Positions 12,749-26,322 of a stretch of DNA of 64,000 nt are shown here, one piece after another (the first letter of the stretch is position 1; every line of letters starts with the position of its first letter). Source of the DNA: Octopus vulgaris (taxonomy: Eukaryota); assembly GCA_951406725.2 (NCBI GenBank), contig OX597821.1:97526001-97590000 (forward strand), written 5' to 3'. The notes below the pieces were generated by a model that was not told the origin of the DNA, ran no database searches, and saw only the letters and a list, made by a program, of their open reading frames with translations. The translations under genes were made by a program, and so were the position numbers.

Positions 12749-13117
12749 GTGGACATAAAGAATATGGACCGCACTCCCTTTGGTTTTTTGTTTTTTTAAC
12801 AGAATCCTCCATTTTCGAGTATGGAGATTCTGATTCTGCAAAAGAAACGGCATTTTGAAATTTTAATTTCACCCCCACTTCACCCATCATCCCTCATCCC
12901 AAATTCTTCAATTTGCACCTTTTCCAGAAGGATTACAATTCTAAAACAAAATTTCTGAAAAAAGTGAAAATTGAAGAACTTGGGTGGGGTGGGGGGAAAT
13001 TAAAATTTTTAAATGCCATTTTTTATACAGAATCAGAATCGCTATACTAAAAAATGAGAGATTCTGTAAAAAAAAAACAAAACAAAAGGCGGTGCAGTCC
13101 ACATTCTTAACATCCAC
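12749..13117. mobile_element. Foldback MITE (imperfect ~370-bp palindrome)
   Basis: gtggacataaagaatatggaccgcac...gtgcagtccacattcttaacatccac. The arms pair along nearly the whole length. Confidence 0.8.
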
Positions 13118-13713
13118 CCAAGTTGCTTATTGAGCTGTGTACATAGAGACAATATTGACGACGTTAAGAAGATGAGGGTGGTGACGAAGACGGAGATTGC
13201 CGTAATGATGTTGGACGGGTGTTGTCGTCTGGCGTTGTCAATGAAACTGGCCGTGTCTTGTGTGGTCAGTGGCTAGACCTTAAAAGGTCTGGGACCAAAG
13301 ACCTCGAGACGAAGAGTAGATGGGTTTTTGTAAGGAGTTATAGGCTCAAACTAGGTTGAGAACAAGCTGACTCACATGATCTTATTTAGGAACTCTGATT
13401 GGTTATATGCTGCAAATTGGTGCGACAGAGTAAGACACAAATTGCGCCAATACCAACCAATCAGAGTAGTGGACACAGTGGAGTCCAAATAGCAGCCAAA
13501 GGCTAGCTGTTATCTGCTACATTCAAATGCACATATAATAAAGAGGAAAGGAATTTCACTAGAGTGTACGCTACACTGTTCTATTCATAAAGGCAATGCA
13601 GATCTGTCATAAGATGTTTAAGTTGCATGTGCATATCACCTGTGTTGAAAGAGGAAGTAAAGGATAATGTTACATATAGGAGTATCTACAGTATGGAAGA
13701 GGATAGATAATTG

Positions 13714-14325
13714 ATGCACAAAAGCACCATCTGATCGTGGCCGTTACCAGCCTCGCCTGGCCTCCGTGCCGGTGGCACGTAAAAAGCACCATCCGATCAT
13801 GGCCGTTTGCCAACCTCGTCTGGCCCCTGTGCTGGTGGCATGTAAAAAGCACCCACTACACTCATAGAGTGGTCGGCGTTAGGAAGGGCATCCAGCCGTA
13901 GAAACATTGCTAGATCAGACAGGGCCTGGTGCAGCCTTCTGGCTTCCCAGACCCCAGTTGCACCGTCCAACCCATGCCAGCATGGAAAGCGGACGCTAAA
14001 CGATGATGATGATGATGAAAAGGAAAAGTGTGGAAGACATGGTTGAACTTTAAGGTGCTGTAAAAGCCCCCGTGCAGCACTGCATAAAAACGCCTGTGCA
14101 GTGCCACATAAAGGCACGCATGAAGCACCACGTAAAAGCACCTGTGCAGTGCCATGTAAAAGCACCTAGCATGCTCTGTAAGTGGTTGGCGTTAGGAAGA
14201 GCATCCAGCCATAGAAACCATGCCAAATCAGACTGGAACCTGGTGCAGCTCTCCAGCTTATCAGCTCTGGTCAAACCGTCCAACCCATGCCAACATGGAC
14301 AATGGATGTTAAATGATGACTGATG
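13714..14325 (+). mobile_element. Two RTE 3'-end fragments
   Basis: Shared gtggttggcgttaggaagggcatccagc...gatgatgatga tail. Confidence 0.85.
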
Positions 14326-14333
14326 ACATATAT

Positions 14334-14376
<43 letters not shown>

Positions 14377-14861
14377 AACCTACACAGTAAATATACAGAC
14401 ATGGTAGATTTAATTATTTCTGTGTAGATTGAGAAAAATGATGAACAACCTTGATCAATTTTCAAACTCTATTAGATTCTCATTAGAGATATCTATATCA
14501 CTTAACCAACCCAGAGAAATAAGCAGCTGGTCTGTTTATATACACAACAAATCCATCTTGTAGTTCCAGAGAACTTATACTATTAATTTGCATACTGTGA
14601 ATGTGTGTGTGTGTATTATTCATCATCATCACTTTACATCCATTTTCCATGTTAGTATGAGCAGGATAGTTTGACAGAATAGTTTGACAGAATAGTTTGA
14701 CAGGATAGTTTGACAGAATTCTATGTGTCAGAAGATCATGTCTTCCTCCATTGTCTCATTTTTTTGCATGATTTTTTTCAGCTAGATGCCCTTCCTAACA
14801 GTAACCACTTTACAATATGTACCAGGTGCAGTATTTCATGCCACCTGCTCTATAGAGATTG

Positions 14862-15095
14862 CCTATTTCTTTATTACCCACAAGGGGCTAAACATAGAGG
14901 GGACAAACAAGGACAGACATAGGTATTAAGTCGATTACATAGACCCCAGTGCGTAACTGGTACTTAATTTATCGACCCCGAAAGGATGAAAGGCAAAGTC
15001 GACCTCGGCGGAATTTGAACTCAGAAACGTAACGGCGGACGAAATATGGCTACGCATTTCGCCCGGCGTGCTAACGTTTCTGCCAGCTCGCCGCC
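14862..15095 (-). mobile_element. SINE family B copy
   Basis: TSD cctgctctatagagatt. Confidence 0.9.
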
Positions 15096-15704
15096 TGCTC
15101 TATAGAGATTACCATGCCATCAAGAAGCTTAAAGAGCCCTCTCAATCCCCCGTACTGTCACTGCTCAAAATCAGTTACCAATTACTTAAAAAGTCTACTG
15201 GATGCCTTTTATGGCACCAGCATTGTTGGCGGGGGTTGCCTTACAGCTTGCAAAGTGAAACAGAGCACCTCATGGCGGATGGAAGGTATTTCTTGTTGTG
15301 AGAGATGGTAATGCAGAGAATGACAGGGAAACAGTGTTCTGGTGGGAGTAGTGAAGACATAGGAGATGTGGTGGTGGTGAGGAGGGCGAGAGTTTTGTCT
15401 GGGATTAGTGTGAAAGAGAGATGGAGACAATGTGCTAATAAGGTTTGGTTGAGTAGGTGGACCCACTGGGGTGGGGTAGGTCAGTCTAATTGCCACAACA
15501 GCATGAGTTAGACCATTAGTACTTTGTGAGCTTCCAGGTTTATTGTTGAGAAAGGGTGGTAGGGGAGAGACTAACAGAGTCAGTAGTAGAGGAGAGGCTA
15601 ATAGGAGATAAAAGTGAAAAGTAGTGTCATGGAGTTTAGTGGGCAAGAGTTAGTTTGACAGGACAGTGGGGAGTCGAGGTGGGGATGCAGTGCTATTCTT
15701 TATT

Positions 15705-16277
15705 TATGGGTTGTCCGGAAAGTTCATGCCGATTTATTTATAGTAGCTTACCTTTCGACTTATTTTAGAACATGGTTGAGTCCATGAAATAGGATTTGAC
15801 TACGCCTCCATTTACAGCACAGTTTAAGCTATCTTTTCATAGAAGAAGATTCATGTTCCTATAACCTGTGTTAATTCTGTAACCCTTTAAAATGGAAGAT
15901 AAGAAAGTTCATTTTCGGCACTTGATGCTTTGGGAACCAGACAAAAATTGCTGCAGCTCAGCTGGGATGTGTTACCCCACCCTCCATATTCACCAGATAT
16001 TGCTCCTTTGGATTTCCACTTATTCAGGTCTCTGCAGAATAGACTTAATAGTAAAAATTTCAATTCCTTGGATGACGTAAAAAGATACTTTAATGAATTC
16101 TTTGCCATGAAACCACCTCAATTCTGGGAAGAGGGTATTTTCAAGTTAAAGGAAAGATGGAGACGCATTGTGCAACAAAATGGTTTATATTTGGTTGATT
16201 AAAAATATAATGGCAAGTATTTATTGACCCTTTTCTTTCCTTTAAAAATCGGCACAAACTTTCCGGACAACCCAATA
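15705..16277 (+). mobile_element. Internally deleted mariner element
   Basis: TIRs tgggttgtccggaaagtt/aactttccggacaaccca with TA flanks. LPHPPYSPDIAPLDFHLF motif. Confidence 0.92.
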
Positions 16278-16601
16278 TAAACATGGGTGAGTTGAGTGAT
16301 GTGTGAAATATAAAGGAAAGATAAGATGGAGGAGGGTAACAGGAAAGAAAGAGGGGAAAGAAGCACCTGGGGATTAATGAGAAAAAAATCAGTGGTAAGA
16401 GTGGTGGTAAGGGAGAAGAGTTGTGTAGGAGGAGATGCAGTGCTTCCCCACATTATATTTGGGTGGGTTGAATAGTGTAAGAAGCAATAGGATGATGATG
16501 AGGGGCCAGGGCATATCCTCAAAGTGTCATGCATGTTTATATTGTTTATGCATGTACATGTAAGTATATACAGGTGTGTGTGTGCATGCATGTGTGTTCA
16601 T

Positions 16602-16830
16602 AGGCGAGCTGGCAGAGTCGTTAGCACGCTGGGCGAAATGCTTAGCAGTATTTCATCTGCCGCTACGTTCTGAGTTCAAATTCCGCCGAGGTCGACTTTG
16701 CCTTTCATCCTTTCGGGGTCGATTAAAGAAGTACCAGTCACGCACTGGGGTCGATATAATCGACTTAATCCGTTTGTCTGTCCTTGTTTGTCCCCTCTGT
16801 GTTTAGCCCCTTGTGGGTAGTAAAGAAATA
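16602..16830 (+). mobile_element. SINE family B copy
   Basis: Identity to the 10709 copy. Confidence 0.9.
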
Positions 16831-17800
16831 AGTTATGTCAGGGAAGAGCCATTTTTGTCATTTACACATAGCTATTAAATTCACTTTAAATTTAATGTAG
16901 TGCCAACATTTTCTACACATATCCACACCAAAATCACTGCCAGCACCCTTGCACTTCCACTATTATATCTATCAACTGTTTCTAATCCTATTTGGGTTAC
17001 TTCCCTTAGCATAATACAATAAGCAAGTTAATTTGAATTGACTTACATCATATGGCATCAATCATCAGTCATTCATCATATGGCATCAATCATCAGTCAT
17101 TCATCATTAGTCATTTTCATTTTCCATTTTTCTGTTTTTGTTTACTTACAGCATTGTATATATTATTGTCATCAGTGAAACTTTTTCTCTCTCTCTCTTT
17201 TTCCCTATCCTTTCTTTCTTTATTTAATTTTTTTAAATCATTCCACCGTCCTCTTTCTGTTTGCTATATTTAGAGTGTAAATTATATTTGAATGGCTTCA
17301 GTTTCAATATACTACTTCAGATATCAAGGTGCTTGGTGCTTGCAAGACAAACACTACTCTGAAATGTGGAATCATAAATTTAAACATGTTTTCGATCCCT
17401 CTGTCACACTCCAGCCTCTCGTCACTTTGCACAAGGCCACCTCCTCTTCTGCTCCCCCTCTCGAAGGATCTTTGTCTTGCAAGTTACTTGGTGACCCTAC
17501 CAGTACTGGTGCTTCTAGTCCACACTGTAAAGTGGTTGATGTTTGGAAGGGCATCCAGCTGTAAAAACCTTGCCAAAACAGGCCTCACTGGTTTTGGTGC
17601 CACGTAAAAAGCACTCAGTCCACTCTGTAATGTGATCAGTGTTAAAAAGAGCATCCAACCTTCAAAACCCTGCCAAAACAGACAGCGGAGCTTGATGCAG
17701 CCTTCTGCTTCGCAGTCCCCTGTCAAACCCTTGCCAATGTGGGCATTAAATGATGATGATGTTTCTAATTTATGTATTTTATTTACTTGATTCCTTGCAG

Positions 17801-17926
17801 AAATTACTCCAAGACAAAGCTGTGCTAAAGATGAGGACCAACCAACTCCGACAACTGGTAGAAGGACTCAAGGCAGGATATAATCAGCAGACAGCTGAAA
17901 TGGCTGATAATGAAACTTATACACAG
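17801..17926 (+). CDS. IFT74: IFT74 coding exon (KLLQDKAVLKMR...MADNETYTQ)
   Basis: Acceptor ttccttgcag, donor CAG|gtaatg, 126 nt, phase 0-0. Resembles KLHQERMIL...LQENETHSQ. Confidence 0.92.
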
Positions 17927-18149
17927 GTAATGAATGTCTTTACACACTCAGCTTCTTGGTTAGGTTCTCATTTACCTTTAGGAAGACCATATTGGTTTGT
18001 AACGTTTGCACAAAGTGGTGATTTTGACAGATGAAGATAGAATCTACCCTAGTATATGACTGGGATGTATTTCATGCACCTGAAAGTACATTAGATTGAT
18101 GGATAAAATTAATTTCTATTTAATTTATAATTTTTGCCTAACATATAAT

Positions 18150-19082
18150 TATTGGTTGAGAGTTGACCCCTGTACATGATTTTGTGCGAACTGCCATGCT
18201 TCATGGCAGTGAAACAGGGGCCCTGACTGCGGAGGACATGCGTAGGCTCAAAAGAAAGCTAGAATGATCCGCTGGATGTGTAATGTCAGTGTGTACACAC
18301 GACAGAGTGTAAGTGCCTTGAGAGAAATGTTGGACATAAGAAGCATCGGATGTGGTGTGCAAGAGAGACATTTGTGCTGGTGTGATCATGTACTACGGAT
18401 GGATGAGGAGAACTGTGTGAAGAAGTGCTATTCCCAAACAGTTGAAGGAATCCAGGGTAAACGTAGACCCAGGAAGACATAGGATGAAGTAGTGAAGCAA
18501 GACCTTCGAATGTTGGGCCTGACAGAGGCAATGACAAAAGACCAAAACCTCTGGAGATATGCTGTAACTGCGAAAACCTTGCAAATAAAGTGAGTTCACG
18601 GCTGTATCCTACACCAGTTTCACATAACCAACCCCAGCCCATTCAAAAGTACCTTCAATCGTAGGGCGACTGGCTGTACTTGAGGAGACCTATTGAGTCA
18701 AGCATATCAACATCAAAATGAAAATCAAATAGAAATTGTAGTTGTGATACCCGTACCAGTGGCACGTAAAAAGCACCATCCAAACGTGGCTGATGCCAGT
18801 ACCGCCTTGACTAGCCTTCATGCTGGTGGCACATAAAAAGCACCAATCGATTGTGGCCATTGCCAGCTTCCTCTGGCCCCTGTGCCAGTGACACGTAAAA
18901 AGCACCCATTACACTCACGGAATGGTTGGCATCAGGAAGGGCATCCAGCTGTAGAAACATTGCCAGATCAGACTGGGCCTGGTGCAGCCTCCTGGCTTTC
19001 CATCCCCACTCGAACCGTCCAACCCATGTTACATGCTAGCATGGAAAACGGATGTTAAACGACGACGACGATGATGATGATA
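18150..19082 (+). mobile_element. RTE-clade LINE 3' fragment (RT C-terminus, 3'UTR, (GAT)n tail)
   Basis: LHGSET..A...MIRWMCNVS...LREMLDI...ERHLCWCDHVLRMDE...GKRRPRKT. The 3'UTR has gcacgtaaaaagcacc repeats. Confidence 0.9.
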
Positions 19083-21310
19083 TATATATATATGGAATTC
19101 ATTCCATTTCTGTGTAGAACTCACAATGCTCTGGTTAGGTCTATAGTAGAAGGCACAATGTCATACTGTGGACTGAACCTGAAACAACACGGTTGAGTAG
19201 CAAACTTCTTAACTGCATGGTTATGCTTGCGCCTGTATGAACTCAGAAAATAAAGCAAAAGAAAGAAATAATGTTAGTCATCTAGACGTGCACTTCACTT
19301 CAATGTCCCTTTCTCTTACATGTTACATCACCATGTGAGATTGGAAGTATTCAAGTCTACCAAATAAGTAACTCAGAAGATGACTGTTTCTATATTACAG
19401 TCATTACATCTATCAGTGGCTAAGACAACTTCCCTTCCAGTTCTTGTAGTTGTAAATAGATAACACTAGATCACTGGTTCTCGGCCCTTTTTTGCCTATG
19501 GACTCCTTTGATTCCAATTTTTACTCAGATGGATCCTCATAGCCATTTGTTGTTTAAAAATCTTACTATACTTTTATAATTAAATATTATAAGGAATTGT
19601 ATCAAAGAATTGTTAGAATATTTTGTATATTGTTGAAGTATAGCCAATTTATTGCAGATAAAACTTAACAACAAAATTTTATATGGATCCCTAAGTTGAG
19701 AACCCCTGCACTAGATGGTGTAATTCATCATTGCCATATTAGTTTACAGTGCAGTGATGAATTAACTCATCTCATGGGTACAACTTGAGGTAGGGAATGG
19801 TCATTTGAACAATCTCACTATCCTTAGATGTACAATATAGAAACAAAAGCTCTTGTTGTACCATACAACCTAATACCCATATCACACACATGCATACATA
19901 AATTGGCACAGGTATAGTTGTGTACCTAAGAGGCTTGCCTTCCAGCCTTCTAGTCTTGGGTTCAGTCCCACTGCACAACACTTGGGACAAATGTCTTCTA
20001 CTATTGCCCTAAGCCAACCAATGCCTTGTGAGTGGACTTGGTAGGTGGAAACTGAAAGAAGCCCATTGTGTGTGTGTGTGTGTGTGTGTACGCCCTTATC
20101 CTGATATCATGTGACGGTTGTAAATGAGTGCCATTATGATTTAAGTGATGTTCATTTGCAAACTTCCATGAGAAAATATGTCAGATGAGGACTTGTGACA
20201 GGAAGGGTATCTGATCATAGAAAATATCATCATCATCATCATCGTTTAACGTCCGTTTTCCACACTAGCACGGGTTGGATGGTTCGACTGGGGTGCTCCA
20301 GTCTGATCTGGCAGTGTTTCTACAGCTGGATGCCCTTCTTAATGCCAACCACTCTGCGAGTGTAGATGTCTTAACAAAATATGTCTTAACAAATTCTGTT
20401 TGACTTGTGCAAGCATGGAAAAAATCAACATCGACTGAAGATGACAATGCTAATGATATACATATTTACATTCAAACACACACACACATATATATTAATA
20501 TGTCAGTGAATTTTTATGTAAGTCTCTGTGTGACTGTATGTGTTAGTTTTGTTTCATTATCATTGTCTGTATATCAATAATGTGAGAGCGTATGCACATA
20601 TGTGTGTACGTGTCAATATGCAGTTGTGTGATATTATATCTGCGTTTATCTGTGTATTTCCTACCATCATTAAACTATATTTATCATTAAACTTTATCAG
20701 ATTCCATGAAACTGACTTACTTTGATGATATACACTCTGTCGTGTAGTTTAACTGAAAAAGAATGTAGTGTGTTTATATGCAAAATTAGCAATGACATGG
20801 TGCCTTAATTAACAAATGTATGTAGGATGTTAATTGTAATAGTGGGATTGGCCTGTGTGTGAGAGAGTTTGTACAGGTGTGAGAGTGGTGTAGAATTGTC
20901 ATTTTGGTACTAATTATAATAGTCTAGAATGGCCTTGTTGAAATATAGCCTGCTTGGCATTCCTGTGAATGTGTCATGAAGGCACAATTTCAATCCCCAC
21001 ATCATCACTATCAAGAACAGTGATAACAAAACTATAACAATGTTTATCAACAGCAAATTTTTTCAGGGATGACATAAATTTCCTGGTAAATATTGTTATA
21101 AAAAGCTTGTCTATAAGCATTTATCTAAAATTAAGGCTGTATAATTAAAGTGTGTGCTTCCCAGCCATGTAGTTCAGTCTTTTTGAGTTCAGTCTTACTG
21201 CATGGCACCTTCAATAAGTGGCTTCTGCTATAGCCCCAGGCCAACAAAAGCTTTATAAGTGGATTTGGTAGATAGAAACTGGAAGAAGCCAGTAGTATAT
21301 ATGTATGTAT

Positions 21311-21725
21311 ACTCTCTTTACTCTTTTACTCTTTTACTTGTTTCAGTCATTTGACTGCGGCCATGCTGGAGCACCGCCTTTAATCGAACAACTCGACCCC
21401 GGGATTTATTCTTTTGTAAGCCCAGTACTTATTCTATCGGTCTCTTTTGCCGAAACACTAAGTAATGGGGACATAAACACACCAGCATCGGTTGTCAAGC
21501 AATGCTAGGGAGACAAACACAGACACACAAACACACACATGCATATATATATATATATATACGACGGGCTTCTTTCAGTTTCCGTCTACCAAATCCACTG
21601 ACAAGGCTTTGGTCGGCCCGAGGATATAGTAGAAGACACTTGCCCAAGGTGCCACGCAGTGGGACTGAACCCGGAATCATGTGGTTGGTAAACAAGCTAC
21701 TTACCACACAGCCACTCCTGCGCCT
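21311..21725 (-). mobile_element. SINE family A copy
   Basis: Identity to 2789-3206. Confidence 0.9.
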
Positions 21726-21814
21726 ATGTATGCATGTGTTTATGTATGCATGCATGCCTCTTCATCCAACCCATACAAGTTTATAAAACAATAAAACATA
21801 AACACGCACATACA

Positions 21815-22726
21815 TACAAGGTGGTATCAAAAAGTTCCTGGACTAGTTCTGTAGCATGCCAACAGATAGCAGCACACAGTTGTGTGTGCATTGAGAGCTA
21901 GCAGTGACCTTCATGAGATAGTGTACCAAATGACATTGCTGTATTTACTTTGCAAGTTGTGAAATTTGTGTTTTTATGATCACATGTATGCTGTAGTCTG
22001 CAATTTTGTCCTGGACAGCAACAAAGCGCCAATGTGAAATTTTGTGTTAAACTTCGGAAGTCTGCTACAGAGACATTGAGCATGCTTCAACAAGCGATGA
22101 GGCAATGGGCCGTATACAATGATTCAAGTGGCACAGGCGCTTCAAAAGTAAAAGAACATCCCTGGAAGATGATGAATGATCTGGAAGACCCACTACAAGT
22201 GTCACCTCCAGAAATGCAGTATTGTGCATTGAGAGTTTGTCCCCCCAGGGCCAAACTGTCAATCGAGTGTTCTACTGCAAGGCTTTGAAGTGTTTGAGGG
22301 AGCAGATTCAGCAAAAGCTACTGGATCTGTGGAGTGCGAAGAACTGGATTCCTCACAAAGACAATGCACCTTGTCACCAAACTTTCCTCACTCATGAGTT
22401 TCTCACCAAAAGCAACATGGTATCACCTCTGCACCCACCCTATTTGCCAGATTTAGCACCTGTAGACTTCCATTTCTTCCCCGAGATAAAAATGCAATTC
22501 CACGGTCACTGTTCTCAAGATCCAGAGCTGTTCTCAAGAACACCATTCTCGAAATCCAGAGCAAATTGCAGAAGGTCCTTGGCTTGCTTACGGAAAACAG
22601 AACACTGGGACTGGTGTATTCCTGTACAAAGTGACTATTTTGAAAGGGAATATGTTAAAACTTGGGTAAATAAGTTATTTTTTATTAAACATAACTTGTC
22701 CTGGAACATTTTGATACCACCTTGTA
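21815..22726 (+). mobile_element. Decayed mariner element
   Basis: TIRs tacaaggtggtatcaaaa/ttttgataccaccttgta. KFCVKLRKSATET, HKDNAPCH and HPPYLPDLAPVDF. Confidence 0.9.
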
Positions 22727-24530
22727 CATACAACTGCTTTCTTTCAGTTTCTGTCTATCAAATCTATTCACAAGGTTTTGGTCAGCGTGGAGCTATAGTT
22801 GAAGGCACTTGCTCAATGTACCACACAGTGGGACTGAACCCAAGGCCACATGGTTGGGAAGTATGCACTTATCTCAACTTTGACTTTGCAAATTTAGGGT
22901 GAAAATGATTTTGCCCAACACAAGTTGCCTCAAAGTTTCTTCAGATTCTGGTTATTTTTAATTTTTGCTAATTCATATCCTGAATGACACAAATTTAGAA
23001 GAGAAAACCAGAGCTGAAAACCATATATATACTCGCAGTCTCAACCATCTCTGCTCAGTCTCAGTAGCTGTAAAAAAAAAAAGGGTTGCAGGCTCTACCT
23101 TTCAGTTCTGACTATATCATTGGTCTAGGATGACCATATGGGAGTGTATTATAGTTAGTAATGGTGTAAAAGTACAAATTGCAGATTAAACTTAAACACA
23201 TTATCACAGTTTAGTATGACCGTCTGCAAATTAGAGGTCATTATTTGTGCTTTATGAAATAAATTTGGTGGTTGGCATGAATATGTATGGTTGTGAAGTA
23301 GATTGTTCACATGTGCACATTCCCCTCTACACACACACACCAGCCTTCACACATGCACACCTTCAATTTCACACACACACAAGCCATCATGCATACACAC
23401 CCACCATCACACGCCAGGCAGAGAAATGCATGATAAACATATGACAATCAATAAATGTCTGACAGACAAGCTAGACAAACATCTGACAAGCATAAAACGG
23501 GTATCAGACAAAGCTGCCAGTAATTTGACTGGTAACTCATTCGTGAATTTACATGTCTAAATGTGAAAGTATAGGGGGTCGGATTGATCTCAGTATTACA
23601 TGACAGCATGACAAGGTTATTAATATTTAGGTGGCTGGGTACAGTGTACCTGCTGGACTACTCCTAGACTGTGAAGTTAACTTGTTTAAGTATTGAGATT
23701 AGGTATTTTGGGAAACTTATATTTGCATATGACCTACATTTCATTAGAGAGATACCTTGAGACTTATTCTAATCATTCACTTGGTTTAGTGGAAACGGTT
23801 GGTACATCTTGCATGGCAGCTGTTTTAAACTAACAAGGGAGCCTTAAGCAGTGGGTTGACTTGTTAGAAACAGCAGTTAAATTTTGACCTTATCCACACT
23901 GACTTAAACATGGAATGACATATGAATTAATGTATTTGTATGTAACCTTGAAAAGGCAATTGCAGTTCCTTTGATCATAGGTTTGTTTGATCACTATTGA
24001 TCTGAGACTTAACAACATCTTCATATTGGTGGGTAATAACTAAATCCAATGACTGGATAGTGAGGACTTACCCATGGGAGAGTTAACGAAGACACTAGGC
24101 GAAAAAGTAACCGATGCTGGTTTGTTTACGTCCCCCATAACTTAGCAGTTCAGCAAAACACACCAACAGAATAAGTACTAGGCTTACAATGAATAAGTCC
24201 TGGGGTCGATTTGCTCGACTAAAGGCAGTGCTCCAGCATAGCTGCAGTGAAATGGCTGAAACAAATAAAAGAATTAAAGTATTTGGGTTTGTTGGAAGTA
24301 GATGATCTGAGGAAAAGCCGAATGAGGAGTATTACAGAAGACTGAGGTTGATATTGAACCCTAAAGGTGAGATTATGGAGTAGGAGTAATACATTGGCAA
24401 ATAGAGAAACTGTAATTTTTAGACAAGAACACAGAGAAACACTCAAATTGTGATTTTGACAAGCTACGCCTGACAAGAAAGAAAGGAGGGCAGAGAATGA
24501 TGAATTGTAAGGATAGTATTCAGTCTCTGA

Positions 24531-24761
24531 TGGCAGTGAGCTGGCAGAATCGTTAGCACACCAGGCAAAATGCTTAGAAGTATTTTGTCTGCCGCTACGT
24601 TCTGAGTTCAAATTCCGCCGAGGTCGACTTTGCCTTTCATCCTTTCGGGGTCGATTAAATAAGTACCAGTTATGCACTGGGGTCAATGTAATCGACTTAA
24701 TCCGTTTGTCTGCCCTTGTTTGTCCCCTCTGTGTTTAGCCCCTTGTGGGTAGTAAAGAAAT
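24531..24761 (+). mobile_element. SINE family B copy
   Basis: Identity to the 10709 copy. Confidence 0.9.
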
Positions 24762-25152
24762 ATATTGGAGTGGCCCTCACCTAGGTGAATTGCCTACAAG
24801 GCTAGAGAGCTCCATTTACCATGCAGTTGCTAGAAGGGTGTTAAGGAGGGCACTGGACAACCTGAGGGACTTCACACCTTGATTTGTATCCAGACTGATA
24901 CCACTAGCCTTTTCTTTTCCCAGGGCACTCACAAGACAGTGAGGATTTGCACTTGGAGTTTCTTCCATAACATGCTTCTACTACAGGTTAGAGCAGACCA
25001 GGGAACAGTAGGAGCTAAGAGGTGTTCCACACTACTCAAAACTGTGGGAAAAGGGCCGTACTACTGGATGCAGTTTAAGGTAATACCCAAGACAATGTAC
25101 GTGTGTGTGTGTGCATGTATGTATGTCTATGTATGTACAGACATACACACAT

Positions 25153-25557
25153 AGGCGAAGGAGTGTCTGTATGGTAAGTAGCTTGCTAACCAACCACATG
25201 GTTCCGGGTTCAGTCCCACTGCGTGGCACCTTGGGCAAGTGTCTTCTACTATAGCCTCGGGCCGACCAAAGCCTTGTGAGTGGATTTGGTAGACGGAAAC
25301 TGAAAGAAGCCCATCGTGTATATGTATATATATATGTGTGTGTGTGAGTTTGTGTGTCTACGTTTGTCCCTCCAACATCGCTTGACAACCGATGCTGGTG
25401 TGTTTATGTCCCCGTAACTTAGCGGTTCGGCAAAAGAGACCGATAGAATAAGTACTAGGCTTACAAAGAATAAGTCCTGGGGTCAATTTGCTCGACTAAA
25501 GGTGGTGCTCCAGCATAGCCGCAGTCAAATGACTGAAACAAGTAAAAGAGCAAAGAG
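25153..25557 (+). mobile_element. SINE family A copy
   Basis: Reverse-complement identity to 2789-3206. Confidence 0.9.
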
Positions 25558-25747
25558 AACATGCATGCACATACACACACACACACACACACATACATAC
25601 AGCTGGGTTTTTTTTATATATTTTACATCCTTTTAAGAGAACGTCTACCAAGGTACAGTGAGGAAACTCTACATAATTCCAGCTAGCCCCAGATACCAAC
25701 AATTGCTTTCTCCTAGTTTCCATCAATGGCCCCTACCATTGCATATA

Positions 25748-26322
25748 TAACCCTTTAGTATTGAAACAAGCCATATCCAGCCAAAATAATCTACCTGTTT
25801 TATCTGCAAACTGGCCAGATCTTGCCTCTTTCACCTATCCTACAATGTCATTCTAAAAATAAACAATCATTTATTTTATTTTATCTAGTTTCAGCTCACG
25901 AGCTGTGGCCATGCTGGGGCACCACCATTTGGTGTTGCTACATGATTTTACTTCACATGTGCTTTTTAGCAATTGGCATTTGGTGCATGAGAGAGTTTGA
26001 TGCAGCTGCCCTCATTTGCACCTCCTGCCGTGAAGTTGGTTCATCTGGGACACCAGACAGGAAGAGATCCTGTTTTATTTTAAAGACATCTGCATCCACC
26101 CCATGCAGGTCTCTCAGGTTCTTTGGGAGGATATTGAAGAGCTGTGGGCCTCTGAAGCCCAGGCTATCACAGTATCTTGTCCTACATCTTGATGGCAAAT
26201 TTGGAGTCCTTGGCACTATGTCATTGAAATCTGAAAGCTACAAGGTAAAGCATGACTAATTCAAATCAATGTGAATAAATAAGCATTGCATTTGACAGAG
26301 AAAACTGAATGCAAAAGGTTAA
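25748..26322. mobile_element. piggyBac-like MITE interrupted by the LINE fragment
   Basis: Ends taaccctttagtatt ... aatgcaaaaggttaa form an imperfect TIR with TTAA-like flanks. Confidence 0.55.
25870..26218 (-). mobile_element. LINE 3' end (CR1/L2/Jockey group)
   Basis: DSLGFRGPQLFNILPKNLRDL...FKIKQDLFLSGVPDEP...RAAASNSL, then a tail with (TAAAA)n. Confidence 0.8.

Noticed and set aside
12451-12774. 107-aa minus-strand ORF
   Set aside because: It starts inside the MITE, has no recognisable domain and has no convincing splice sites.
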